Shown here piece by piece: positions 16,565-25,671 of a stretch of 46,662 nucleotides of DNA. The number at the start of each line of letters is the position of its first letter. The first letter of the stretch is position 1. The stretch comes from a bacterium (GTDB taxonomy: Bacteria > JBBIVP01). The stretch is taken from the NCBI GenBank assembly GCA_037439705.1, contig JBBIVP010000001.1:1-46662 (forward strand). The letters run 5' to 3'. The position numbers and the translations under genes were made by a program. The notes below the pieces were generated by a model that saw only the letters and a list, made by a program, of their open reading frames with translations, was not told the DNA's origin and did not search any database.

Positions 16565-17645
16565 GAAAATGGCTCCTTCAAGACTTAATGCGGTAAAGCC
16601 CTATGTGCCTGGAAAACCTGTTGAGGAGGTGGAAAGGGAGCTGGGAATAAAAAATGCAATAAAACTTGCTTCCAATGAGAATCCTCTCGGTCCATCAAAG
16701 AAAGCCATATCTGCCATATTAAGATGTGTTCGCAGGGTGCACATGTACCCCGACGGAGGGTGTTATTACTTAAGAAAAGCACTGGCTGAAAAATTAGGCG
16801 TGAGAAAAAACCAGCTCGTTTTTGGAACCGGGTCAAATGAGATCATAGAATTAATTGTCAAAGTTTTCGGACATGGAAGGGCTGTTATTGGAAATCATTC
16901 ATTCCTCATATACAGGGTTATCCTTCAGGTATACGGGACCGAAATTGTTGAAATCCCTTTTAAGGGGTATGAATACGATGTGGAAAGAATTATTATTGAG
17001 GAATTGAAAAATAAACCCCTCCTCCTTTTCATTGATACACCGAACAATCCAACAGGAAGTATAATAAAGAAAAATGACCTCTTGAGGATAATTGAGTCCT
17101 TACCATCAGAAACCCTTCTTGTGCTTGATGAAGCATATCACGAGTTTGTCACCTCAAAGGATTACATAAGTGGTCTTCAATTTATAAAAGATGGAATGGA
17201 AAACATTGTTGTGCTCAGAACCTTCTCAAAAGCCTATGGACTTGCGGGATTAAGAATTGGGTACGGAATAACATCGGAAAAAGTGGCTGAACTTCTGAAC
17301 AAGGTTAGACAGCCCTTTAATGTCACCATTCCCGCTCAGGAAGCAGCAATTTCTGCCTTAAAGGATGAGGTTCATGTGAAAAGGACTGTTGAATTAAGCG
17401 AAAGGGCAAAAGAATTTCTTTATAAAAAACTGGACAAACTTGGAATAGAATATGCAAGAAGCCATGCAAACTTTGTTCTCATAAAGGTTGGAAATGGAAA
17501 GGAAGTTTTTGAAAAATTATTAAGAAGAGGAATAATTGTAAGGGAGATGAGTGCATACGGATTTCCAGAACACATAAGGGTTTCGGTTGGAAAAATGGAT
17601 GAAATGAAAAGGTTCATAAAAGAGTTTGAAGAGGTGCTGAAATGA
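16557..17645 (+). CDS. hisC: histidinol-phosphate/aromatic aminotransferase (class II PLP aminotransferase)
   Basis: PLP-Lys motif RTFSKAYGLAGLRIGY and NPNNPTG-like DTPNNPTG. I use the ATG at 16557 with GGAGG upstream; the track start 16518 is a GTG inside the upstream gene. Confidence 0.85.
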   Translation: MIEKMAPSRLNAVKPYVPGKPVEEVERELGIKNAIKLASNENPLGPSKKAISAILRCVRRVHMYPDGGCYYLRKALAEKLGVRKNQLVFGTGSNEIIELIVKVFGHGRAVIGNHSFLIYRVILQVYGTEIVEIPFKGYEYDVERIIIEELKNKPLLLFIDTPNNPTGSIIKKNDLLRIIESLPSETLLVLDEAYHEFVTSKDYISGLQFIKDGMENIVVLRTFSKAYGLAGLRIGYGITSEKVAELLNKVRQPFNVTIPAQEAAISALKDEVHVKRTVELSERAKEFLYKKLDKLGIEYARSHANFVLIKVGNGKEVFEKLLRRGIIVREMSAYGFPEHIRVSVGKMDEMKRFIKEFEEVLK

Positions 17646-18481
17646 TTTTTGAAAATGTTGGAATATTAGGAGTTGGATTGATAGGAGGTTCAATAGGGGC
17701 GGGATTAAGAAAATACAGAGTAGCAGAAAGAGTTATCGGCTGGGGAAGAAATGAGGAAAATCTTAAGTTTGCATTGGAAAGGGGATTCATAGATTCATAT
17801 AAAAAAAGACCTGAAGAAGTGATAAAAGGAGCTGATGCAGTCGTTCTTTCCACTCCACTTGGCACATACAGAGATTTTTTCTCCCTTTTGAAATGGGAAA
17901 ATTTTAATGGAACAATCGTGGATGTGGGAAGTGTAAAAGGAAGGGTCCTTGATGTAGCGGGAGAATTTTCATTCTTTGATGGGAGGTTCATACCATCCCA
18001 TCCCGTTGCTGGAAAAGAGTCTGGTTCATCAAAAAATGCTGACCCTGACCTTTTTAAGAATGCCCTGTGTATACTCACCCCCTACGAAGGAATAGATGAA
18101 AAAAGGCTCCTTATGGTAAAGGAGATGTGGATGGGACTCGGCTCAAATGTGTTGGAGATGGACGCAAAAAAGCATGACATTGTCCTCGCCTATGTGAGCC
18201 ATCTTCCCCACATAACTGCTTTTCTTTATTCAAAAATTGCCGGTGAGAAGGGATTTTTCCATTACGGTGGTGGAAGCTTCAGGGACGCCACAAGGGTAGC
18301 GGGAAGTCCACCTGAAATGTGGGCAGAAATAATGCTCTGGAACAGGGAATCTCTGCTTGATGCACTAAAAGGATTCATTGATGGGCTTAAGGAATTTGAA
18401 ATTCTCCTTGAGAAAAATGATTTTTCCGCTCTAAAAAATCTTCTTGAAATATGCGGAAAATATAAGAGGGAAAGCAAATGA
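17642..18481 (+). CDS. tyrA: prephenate dehydrogenase
   Basis: 279 aa. Rossmann motif GVGLIGGSIGAGL and catalytic SHPVAGKE. Confidence 0.85.
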   Translation: MIFENVGILGVGLIGGSIGAGLRKYRVAERVIGWGRNEENLKFALERGFIDSYKKRPEEVIKGADAVVLSTPLGTYRDFFSLLKWENFNGTIVDVGSVKGRVLDVAGEFSFFDGRFIPSHPVAGKESGSSKNADPDLFKNALCILTPYEGIDEKRLLMVKEMWMGLGSNVLEMDAKKHDIVLAYVSHLPHITAFLYSKIAGEKGFFHYGGGSFRDATRVAGSPPEMWAEIMLWNRESLLDALKGFIDGLKEFEILLEKNDFSALKNLLEICGKYKRESK

Positions 18482-19764
18482 AAATATGGGTAAAAAAGGC
18501 AAAGGGATTGAAGGGTGAAATAACCCTTCCGGGTGACAAATCAATAACCCACAGGGCATTCATAATGGGACTGCTCGCAAAAGGAAAGACTGTAATAAAA
18601 AATCCTCTCAAATCAGATGACACGGATGCAACCCTGAACTTCGTAACTTCCACAGGAGGAAAGATTGAAAAATTAACTCCTGAAGAAATCATAATTTCAA
18701 GCAATGGCATGGATGCCCTTCAGGAACCGAGGGATGTCCTTAATGCTATGAACTCTGGAACAACAGCAAGGCTCTTTGCGGGTGTACTTTCAGGATGTTC
18801 CTTTTTCTCCGTGATAACAGGAGATGATTCATTGAAAAGAAGGCCAATGGATAGGGTAACAATTCCCTTGAGGGAGATGGGAGGAAAAATCTATGGAAGA
18901 AATAATGCTTCACTCCTTCCAATTTCCATCTCGGGAGGAAACCTTAAGGGAATTCGCTACAAACTTCCTGTTGCCTCTGCACAGGTAAAATCTGCTATTC
19001 TACTTGCCGGACTCTTTGCAGAAGGAGAAACAGAAATAGAAGAGGAAATAAAATCAAGAGACCATACTGAAAGAATGTTCACTTATTTTGGCGTTAAATT
19101 GGAAAGGGCTGGTGGGAGGATAAAAATTTATTGTGTGCAGAGATTTTCGGGAAGTGAGATAATTGTTCCGGGAGACATATCCTCTGCTTCATTTTTCATA
19201 GCCGGGGGAACAATCGTGGAAAATTCAGAAATAATCATAAAAAATGTTGGATTGAACGAGACGAGAACAGGATTTATAAGGGCTCTCATTGAGATGGGAG
19301 CAGACATAAAAATAGAAGACCAAAAAAAGATAAACGAGGAAGAAATGGGCACGGTCATCGTTCGGTCAGCAAAGGGTTTAAAGGGAATCTCCATCTCAAA
19401 AGAAGTGCCTTCCCTCATAGATGAAATTCCTCTTATTGCCATGGTTGCTTCATTTGCTGAAGGTGAAACTGTAATAAGGGAGGCTGAAGAACTGAGAAAG
19501 AAAGAAAGCGATAGATTGCATGCAATGGTAGAGGGGTTGAAGAGGATTGGAGCAGATGTTGAAGCCCTTCCAGATGGAATGATAATAAGGGGCGGAAAAA
19601 AGCTCAGGGGCGGAGAGATAGAAAGCTACGGAGACCATAGAATAGCAATGACCTTTGCCATAGCAGGTCTCGCCATTGAAGAAGGGATTTATGTAAAAGA
19701 TTTTGAGTGCGTGAGCGTATCATTCCCTGATTTTCTGGAAAAACTTGAAGTCCTCAAAGAATGA
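18478..19764 (+). CDS. aroA: 3-phosphoshikimate 1-carboxyvinyltransferase (EPSP synthase)
   Basis: 428 aa. LPGDKSITHRA, NSGTTARL, LKRRPMDR and GDHRIAMTFAIAGL motifs. Confidence 0.95.
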   Translation: MKIWVKKAKGLKGEITLPGDKSITHRAFIMGLLAKGKTVIKNPLKSDDTDATLNFVTSTGGKIEKLTPEEIIISSNGMDALQEPRDVLNAMNSGTTARLFAGVLSGCSFFSVITGDDSLKRRPMDRVTIPLREMGGKIYGRNNASLLPISISGGNLKGIRYKLPVASAQVKSAILLAGLFAEGETEIEEEIKSRDHTERMFTYFGVKLERAGGRIKIYCVQRFSGSEIIVPGDISSASFFIAGGTIVENSEIIIKNVGLNETRTGFIRALIEMGADIKIEDQKKINEEEMGTVIVRSAKGLKGISISKEVPSLIDEIPLIAMVASFAEGETVIREAEELRKKESDRLHAMVEGLKRIGADVEALPDGMIIRGGKKLRGGEIESYGDHRIAMTFAIAGLAIEEGIYVKDFECVSVSFPDFLEKLEVLKE

Positions 19765-20495
19765 AACATAAAAATATCATGATAATCGCAATAGATGGTC
19801 CAGCGGCTTCTGGAAAAACGACCCTCGCAAAAGCCCTATCCGAAAAACTTGGAATTGAACACATTGATACAGGTGCTATGTATAGATCTTTTGCTCTTTT
19901 CGCAATAAAAAAGGGAGTTCCTCTTGACGATGAAAAATCAGTTGAACCCCTTCTCAAAAATTTTCGGCTTGAGTTTAAAAGGGATAAAAGGGGGCTAAGA
20001 ATTTATATGAACGGATGCGATGTGACGGAAGAAATAAGAAAAAAAGAAATAGGAGAAGGTGCATCAAGGGTTTCTGTTCACAGGGCAGTGAGAATGAAGA
20101 TGGTTGAGATTCAGAGTTCAATTGGAAGAAAAAATGGGGGCATATTTGACGGAAGGGATATAGGAACCTTTGTGTTTCCTGAAGCAGATTTAAAAATCTA
20201 TCTAACCGCCTCAATTGAAGAGAGGGCAAAAAGAAAGCTCAAGGAATGGAAAGAAAGGGGAATAGAAGGAAGCATTGAGGAGGCTAAAAGGGATGTAATT
20301 GAAAGGGATAAAAGGGATTCAGAAAGACCACTGGCTCCCCTTTTAAAGGCTGAAGAGGCCATAGAGATAGACACCACAAATCTATCTCCTCATGAGGTTC
20401 TTGAAAGGATATTAAAAATTTTGAAAGAAAGACAAACTCTTAACCTCATAAAGAGAGGAGGTTACCTTTTGAAATTCCCGAATTTTTATGGATAG
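19761..20495 (+). CDS. cmk: cytidylate kinase
   Basis: IAIDGPAASGKTT P-loop and IDTGAMYR. The last ~28 codons overlap the 3' end of the convergent bioA. Confidence 0.9.
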   Translation: MKHKNIMIIAIDGPAASGKTTLAKALSEKLGIEHIDTGAMYRSFALFAIKKGVPLDDEKSVEPLLKNFRLEFKRDKRGLRIYMNGCDVTEEIRKKEIGEGASRVSVHRAVRMKMVEIQSSIGRKNGGIFDGRDIGTFVFPEADLKIYLTASIEERAKRKLKEWKERGIEGSIEEAKRDVIERDKRDSERPLAPLLKAEEAIEIDTTNLSPHEVLERILKILKERQTLNLIKRGGYLLKFPNFYG

Positions 20496-21749
20496 TGGAG
20501 GAAGAATAACAAGGACATCTCCGAGTGGCCTTAAAATCACCCCTCTTTTTCTCATCTCCATACAAACCCTGTGTCCAACCCTTTCATCCATGTGGAATCT
20601 GGTTTTTTTGTTTTTGTTCTTCACAAGTTCAATTCCCCACATGAAACCGCATCCCCTAACATCTCCGACAATGGGAAGTTCTTTAAACCTCTCCATCTCT
20701 CTTTCAATAAACTTTATCTTTTTCCTGTAAGAATTGAACCTTTTTAAAAGAAGTTTTATGTTTTCAATTGACACAGCACAGGCAAGTGGATTCGCTGTGT
20801 ATGTGTGACCGTGGTAAAATGTCTTCTTCTCGCTGTGTTTTCCCTTGAACTTCTCAAATATCTCCTCCTTAAAAAGGGTTGTTGCAATTGGAAGGTATCC
20901 ACCGCTTATACTCTTTGAAAGAGCCATTATGTCGGGCTTTACCTCCTCGTGTTCACAGGCAAAAATCCTTCCCGTCCTTCCAAATCCTGTTGCCACCTCA
21001 TCCACTATCAGCAGAACCTCGTTCTCCTTAACTGCATTCTCAACCGCTTTTAAATATCCCTCTGGCATAACTATCATCCCTCCGGCTGCTTGAACCTTCG
21101 GCTCAATAATTACTCCACAAAGCCTGTCTTTATTTTTTTTTACAATAGTTTCAAGCTCCTCAGCGCAGGCAAGTCCACATACGGGATAAATGAGCCCGAG
21201 TTCACACCTGTAGCAATAGGGAGATGGAGCCTTTATAGTTTTGAAACAAAGTTTCTTATAAATCCCGTGAAATAACTCAATTCCACCTACACTCACCGCA
21301 CCAATTGTATCTCCGTGATAGCCGTTTTTAAGACACAAAAACATATCCCTTTTTTTAAACCCCTGATTTCTGAAGAACTGAAATGCAACCTTTAAAGCCA
21401 CTTCAACCGCGGTGGAGCCGTTATCTGAATAAAAAACTCTGTTCAATCCGGGAGAAATTTTGAGCAGTATCTCTGCAAGTTCTATGGCTGGTCTGTGGCT
21501 CAAACCGAGAAATGTTGAATGAGATATTTTTTTCAACTGACGGAGAATCGCCCTGTCAAGATATGGATTTCTGTGTCCGTGAAGGTTAACCCATAAGGAA
21601 GAAACCCCATCTATGTATCTTTTTCCGTGAATATCGTAAAGATAAATTCCTTTCCCCCTTTCAATTATTATCATCTCATCCCTTTCCCACTCAAGAAACT
21701 GTGTAAACGGATGCCATATAAATTTTTTATCCCTTTCTTCCAGATTCAT
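20412..21749 (-). CDS. bioA: adenosylmethionine-8-amino-7-oxononanoate aminotransferase
   Basis: FIWHPFTQ, DEVATGFGRTG. I use the ATG at 21747-21749 with GAGGAGG 6 nt upstream; the track start 21764 is a TTG. Confidence 0.9.
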   Translation of the reverse strand: MNLEERDKKFIWHPFTQFLEWERDEMIIIERGKGIYLYDIHGKRYIDGVSSLWVNLHGHRNPYLDRAILRQLKKISHSTFLGLSHRPAIELAEILLKISPGLNRVFYSDNGSTAVEVALKVAFQFFRNQGFKKRDMFLCLKNGYHGDTIGAVSVGGIELFHGIYKKLCFKTIKAPSPYCYRCELGLIYPVCGLACAEELETIVKKNKDRLCGVIIEPKVQAAGGMIVMPEGYLKAVENAVKENEVLLIVDEVATGFGRTGRIFACEHEEVKPDIMALSKSISGGYLPIATTLFKEEIFEKFKGKHSEKKTFYHGHTYTANPLACAVSIENIKLLLKRFNSYRKKIKFIEREMERFKELPIVGDVRGCGFMWGIELVKNKNKKTRFHMDERVGHRVCMEMRKRGVILRPLGDVLVILPPLSIKIREFQKVTSSLYEVKSLSFFQNF

Positions 21750-22875
21750 TCCATACCTCCTCAAAAACTGATAGAAAAAGGTCTATATCTTTATCCTGCT
21801 GGGAGGCTGAAGGAGAAATCCTTATCCTTGCCATTTCCTTAGGAACAGACGGATACCTTATTCCTCTTACGAAGAACCTCCTTTTCATAAGAATGGAGGC
21901 TATCTCCATGGTCTTTCTCTCATCACCTATTATGAGTGGAACTATCTGCGTAATACTCCTTCCTGTATTCACCACCAATTCCTTCATTTTGTTTCTTATC
22001 CTCTCGCCATAATTCAAAACCCTTTGAGCCCTCCATCTCTCCCTTCTCATAATTTCTATGGACTTTGAAATTGCACATACTATTGCTGGCGGAATTGCGG
22101 TGCTGAAAATGAAACTTCTCGCTCTGTTTATTATAAGCTCACATATAATTTTACTCCCTGCTATGTATGCCCCGAAGCAACCAGCGCCCTTTGAAAATGT
22201 TCCCATGGAGATATCTATTGCTTCTGATATCCCGAGTTCTTCACAGATTCCCGCTCCATTTTTACCGAAAACTCCTGTGGCATGAGCTTCATCAACCATA
22301 AGCAGCGCTCCGTATCTCTCCTTCAAAAAAACTATATCTTTCAAAGGAGCAATGTCTCCATCCATGCTGAAAACTGTCTCGGTGATTATGAGTTTTCTCT
22401 TTTTAGTTGATCTCTTCAAAAGGTCTTCTAAAATGTTCATATCGCAATGTTCATATACATTTAAAATTCCCTTTGAGAGCCTGCATCCGTCAATAATTGA
22501 TGCATGATTCAAACTGTCACTGAAAACCTCTTCAGGAAAAAGTGCAGGAATGACGCCTGTGTTTGCATGATATCCAGATTGAAAAAGAATTGCCATTTCC
22601 TTTCCCTTCCAGAGCGCTATCTTCTCTTCAGTTTCCCTGTGAACATCCCTTCCGCCCGAGACAAGCCTTGATGAACAAGAACTAACTCCATATCTTTTTA
22701 CTCCTTCAATAAAAGAGGAAATAATTTCTGGATGAAGGGATAAACCGAGATAATCGTTTGATGAAAAATTTATGTATTCTTCAGCACATTCAATTATTTC
22801 TCTATATAGACTATCTTTCTTTATTTTTTCAATTTCTTCCTCTATTGTTAACAAAAAATTTTTTTTTGTTAACAT
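21727..22875 (-). CDS. bioF: 8-amino-7-oxononanoate synthase
   Basis: NFSSNDYLGLS, DEAHATGVFG, GTFSKGAG (PLP Lys). The first ATG is at 22873-22875; the track start 22884 is a TTG. It overlaps bioA by 23 nt. Confidence 0.9.
   Translation of the reverse strand: MLTKKNFLLTIEEEIEKIKKDSLYREIIECAEEYINFSSNDYLGLSLHPEIISSFIEGVKRYGVSSCSSRLVSGGRDVHRETEEKIALWKGKEMAILFQSGYHANTGVIPALFPEEVFSDSLNHASIIDGCRLSKGILNVYEHCDMNILEDLLKRSTKKRKLIITETVFSMDGDIAPLKDIVFLKERYGALLMVDEAHATGVFGKNGAGICEELGISEAIDISMGTFSKGAGCFGAYIAGSKIICELIINRARSFIFSTAIPPAIVCAISKSIEIMRRERWRAQRVLNYGERIRNKMKELVVNTGRSITQIVPLIIGDERKTMEIASILMKRRFFVRGIRYPSVPKEMARIRISPSASQQDKDIDLFLSVFEEVWNESGRKG
22846..22874. promoter_or_regulatory. BirA-operator-like inverted repeat TGTTAAC-N15-GTTAACA overlapping the bioF start codon
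   Basis: A perfect 7+7 inverted repeat read directly from the sequence (TGTTAAC at 22846-22852, A6T9 spacer, GTTAACA at 22868-22874). The half-sites match the known BirA operator core TGT[A/T]AAC...GTT[A/T]ACA, and it lies at the head of bioFA. Confidence 0.6.
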
Positions 22876-22894
22876 ATAAGTCAAAAAAATTTTT

Positions 22895-24016
22895 TTAAAG
22901 TTTCATCGGCATTATTACGCAGGTCATATCGTCTCCGGTTATGGATTTCATAACTGCTGGACCAGAATCGCTTGTAATACTCATAATAACATCGTCAGAA
23001 TCAAATGCTGAAAGAGCATCTGCAAGATATTTTCCATTAAATCCAATTTCTATCTCCTGTCCCTCAAGCCTCGCGTCTATCTCTTCATCCACCTCTCCAA
23101 CTTCCGGATTTTCTGAACTTAAAAGTATTCTATCGGAAGATATGAACATTTTTAAAGGAACCCCTTTCGTTGTTCCAGATGAACCAACAAGTGAAATTCT
23201 CTTTATAGATGAAAGAAACTCATTTCTGTCAATGTAAACAGTCCTTGTAAACTCCTTTGGAATAACATCGTGATATTTTGGAAATTCTCCTTCTACCATC
23301 CTTATATAAATTGTATCATTTCTGTTTTTTGCAATTATGTTGTTACCGCTTATCATAAAAATCAGGTTTTCTTCTCTTGCTGAAACAAGATTTTTAATCT
23401 CAATAATTCCTTTTTTTGAAATAATTATTCCCTTTTCCATCTTCTCTTTGTTAATCTCCTCTGCAGGATAATCATAAAAAGCAAGCCTGTGTCCATCAGT
23501 TGCAACAAACCTTATGTCCTTATTACTAAACCCCTTCTCAACAAAAATTCCATTCAAAAAGTATCTGCTTTCTTCAGTAGATGCAGCAAAAAATGTTTTA
23601 TCAATAAGTTTTAACAATCCTTCAGAAGAAATTTCAAAAAGAAATTCACCCTCTTCCGATGGAAATTCAGGAAAATCCCTCGGGTCAGCAGAAAGTATCT
23701 TAAATCTTGACCTTCCACCCCTTATCTCTACCCTTGACCCATCTATTACCTTAAAATGTATATCGTTATCCAGAATTTCCCTTGAGAACTCATATAACTT
23801 CTTTCCAAGAACTGCTACTTCTCCTTTTGTAATTGTTTTACAGGAAACTTTTGTATTTATTCCTACATCAAGATTTGTTGCTTTTATTTCAAGAACCTCA
23901 TCCCCAACTGAAAGTAAAGCAAATGAAAGGATCGGAAGCGTAGTTTTCTTCTCAACTACAGATTGGACAAGGCTTACTGCTTTTAATAATTCTTCTTTCT
24001 TTATTATACATTCCAT
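22895..24016 (-). CDS. dnaN: DNA polymerase III beta sliding clamp
   Basis: 373 aa. Immediately downstream of dnaA; typical N-terminus (L.KAVSLVQSVVEKKTTLPILSFALL) and C-terminus MPMKL. Confidence 0.95.
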   Translation of the reverse strand: MECIIKKEELLKAVSLVQSVVEKKTTLPILSFALLSVGDEVLEIKATNLDVGINTKVSCKTITKGEVAVLGKKLYEFSREILDNDIHFKVIDGSRVEIRGGRSRFKILSADPRDFPEFPSEEGEFLFEISSEGLLKLIDKTFFAASTEESRYFLNGIFVEKGFSNKDIRFVATDGHRLAFYDYPAEEINKEKMEKGIIISKKGIIEIKNLVSAREENLIFMISGNNIIAKNRNDTIYIRMVEGEFPKYHDVIPKEFTRTVYIDRNEFLSSIKRISLVGSSGTTKGVPLKMFISSDRILLSSENPEVGEVDEEIDARLEGQEIEIGFNGKYLADALSAFDSDDVIMSITSDSGPAVMKSITGDDMTCVIMPMKL

Positions 24017-24026
24017 TTTAAAATGT

Positions 24027-24180
24027 TAATATTAGTAGTAATTTTATTAAAGTGGTAAACCTTTTTCAAGCGATATAATGGGAACTTTGCCGGTTGAAAA
24101 ATCAGTGGAAAAAATGTGAAAAATACCACCATTTTTTTATCTACATCTCTATTAACAGCTTTTTCTTCAAGTTTTCCACA
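24027..24180. other. candidate oriC sub-region between dnaA and dnaN: DnaA-box-like 9-mers plus an AT-rich TA[A/G] trinucleotide run
   Basis: TTTTCCACA at 24172-24180 (inside the dnaA 3' end), TGTGAAAAA at 24115-24123, AGTGGAAAA at 24104-24112, AGTGGTAAA at 24051-24059. These are preceded by TAA TAT TAG TAG TAA TTT TAT TAA (24027-24050). Confidence 0.45.
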
Positions 24181-25475
24181 ATTTCCTGTAGATAGATGTC
24201 TTTTGTTATATCTTTTTCTATTTTTCTAACCGAGTGAATAACTGTGGTGTGGTCTTTTCCACCAAAGAACAAACCTATTTCGGGAAAAGACATACCGAGG
24301 TATGTTCTCATTATAAACATTGCCACCTGTCTCGGAAGTGCAATTTGCTTGAACCTTCTTCTTGACCTTAAATCAGAGAGTTTTACCTTGAAGGCTTCAG
24401 ATACTTCTTTTAAAACCCTTTCAGGGCTCACCTTTGCTCCTCTTTCTTCAATAAATCCGTGCAGGGCTTCTTTAACGAGGTCAAGTGTGATAGGGCTGTT
24501 TTTGAGGGAAGATATTGCTTTTATTCTTAAAAGAGCACCCTCAAGCTCTCTAACATTTGAATGAATTCTTTCTGCAATGTAAAAGGCTATCTCATTGGGT
24601 AAGGAAATGGAATAAAGTTCTGCCTTTTTCTTAAGAATGGCAACCTTTGTTTCAAGTTCGGGAGGGTTTATTTCAACAACAAGTCCCATTTCAAATCTGG
24701 ATCTCAACCTTTCCTGAAGTTGTTCAATATCCTTTGGTGGGCGGTCGCTTGTAAGAACTATCTGCTTGTTAAGATTGAAAAGGGCGTTGAAGGTGTGGAA
24801 GAATTCTTCCTGAGTGCTTTCCTTATTTCCTGAAAGGAACTGAACATCGTCTATTAAAAGGACATCAAATGTTTGCCTGAACCTTTTTCTGAATTGCTCC
24901 ATAGTGTTCATCCTTATGGCTTTGAGAAATTCGTTCATGAAGGATTCCGCAGACATATAAATGATGTTGAGAGTGGAATTAGCTTTTCTTGTTCTGTGCC
25001 CTATCGCATTTAAAAGATGAGTCTTTCCGAGTCCAACCCCACCGTACATGTATAAGGGATTGTAAACCTTTCCTGGCTCACTCGCAACTGCAAAGCTTGC
25101 TGAATATGCAAATTCATTGCTTTTTCCTACCACGAAGTTTTCAAAAGTGTATTTTGGGAGGAGATTAAGGCAAAGTCCCTGTTTCTTTTTTATTGGAACT
25201 TCTTCTGGCTCATCCGTTTCTTCAAGGGTTTCCTCCACAAGAACCTTTACGGAAGGAGTGGTGAAGGTTTCGTCCCTCAAAGCTTTAAGTAAAAGGGGAA
25301 GGTAATTTTTGGAGAACCATTCGCCAAAGAACTTATTTGGTACATAGAGTGCAATGGAATTTTCTCCATCTTCTTTTATTGAGACCTTCTCAAACCACAT
25401 AGAAAATGCCTCCTTCCCCACTTCTTCTTTTATTTTTTCCATAACCCTTTGAAGTATCTCCTCAAAATTCTCCAT
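24141..25475 (-). CDS. dnaA: chromosomal replication initiator protein DnaA
   Basis: 444 aa. AAA+ Walker A GGVGLGKTHLL, LLIDDVQFL, and a C-terminal DNA-binding domain (RQVAMFIMR...SFPEIGLFFGGKDHTTVIHSVRKI). Confidence 0.97.
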   Translation of the reverse strand: MENFEEILQRVMEKIKEEVGKEAFSMWFEKVSIKEDGENSIALYVPNKFFGEWFSKNYLPLLLKALRDETFTTPSVKVLVEETLEETDEPEEVPIKKKQGLCLNLLPKYTFENFVVGKSNEFAYSASFAVASEPGKVYNPLYMYGGVGLGKTHLLNAIGHRTRKANSTLNIIYMSAESFMNEFLKAIRMNTMEQFRKRFRQTFDVLLIDDVQFLSGNKESTQEEFFHTFNALFNLNKQIVLTSDRPPKDIEQLQERLRSRFEMGLVVEINPPELETKVAILKKKAELYSISLPNEIAFYIAERIHSNVRELEGALLRIKAISSLKNSPITLDLVKEALHGFIEERGAKVSPERVLKEVSEAFKVKLSDLRSRRRFKQIALPRQVAMFIMRTYLGMSFPEIGLFFGGKDHTTVIHSVRKIEKDITKDIYLQEIVENLKKKLLIEM

Positions 25476-25487
25476 TTTTCACCCCTT

Positions 25488-25507
25488 TTTTCCACAGCTG
25501 TGGAAAA
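25488..25507. promoter_or_regulatory. perfect 20-bp palindrome made of two convergent DnaA-box-like 9-mers (TTTTCCACAG/CTGTGGAAAA)
   Basis: Read directly from the sequence, 13 nt upstream of the dnaA ATG. Each arm is 8/9 identical to the consensus TTATCCACA. Confidence 0.6.
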
Positions 25508-25568
25508 TTAAAAAAATTGTCAATTTTTATGAGGCTTATCTTAAAAAACACAGTCTTTTTTAAATTCA

Positions 25569-25588
25569 TTTTACACATTTTTTCCACA
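25569..25588 (+). promoter_or_regulatory. two further DnaA-box-like 9-mers upstream of dnaA
   Basis: TTTTACACA at 25569-25577 and TTTTCCACA at 25580-25588, in an AT-rich 196-bp spacer. Confidence 0.45.
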
Positions 25589-25671
25589 ATTTTTTTGCCC
25601 CCTTCTTCCGGGGGATGTTATTTAATACAGATAAAAACACATTTCAAGCAAAATTTTTATCTTACCCCTTT

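Noticed and set aside
25598-25614. CCCCC-ttcttcc-GGGGG hairpin downstream of the parvulin gene, considered as its intrinsic terminator
   Set aside because: On the transcribed (minus) strand the stem is followed by an A-run, not a U-tract. On the plus strand no upstream gene needs terminating. It may still be structural within the origin-proximal spacer, but it is not a canonical terminator.
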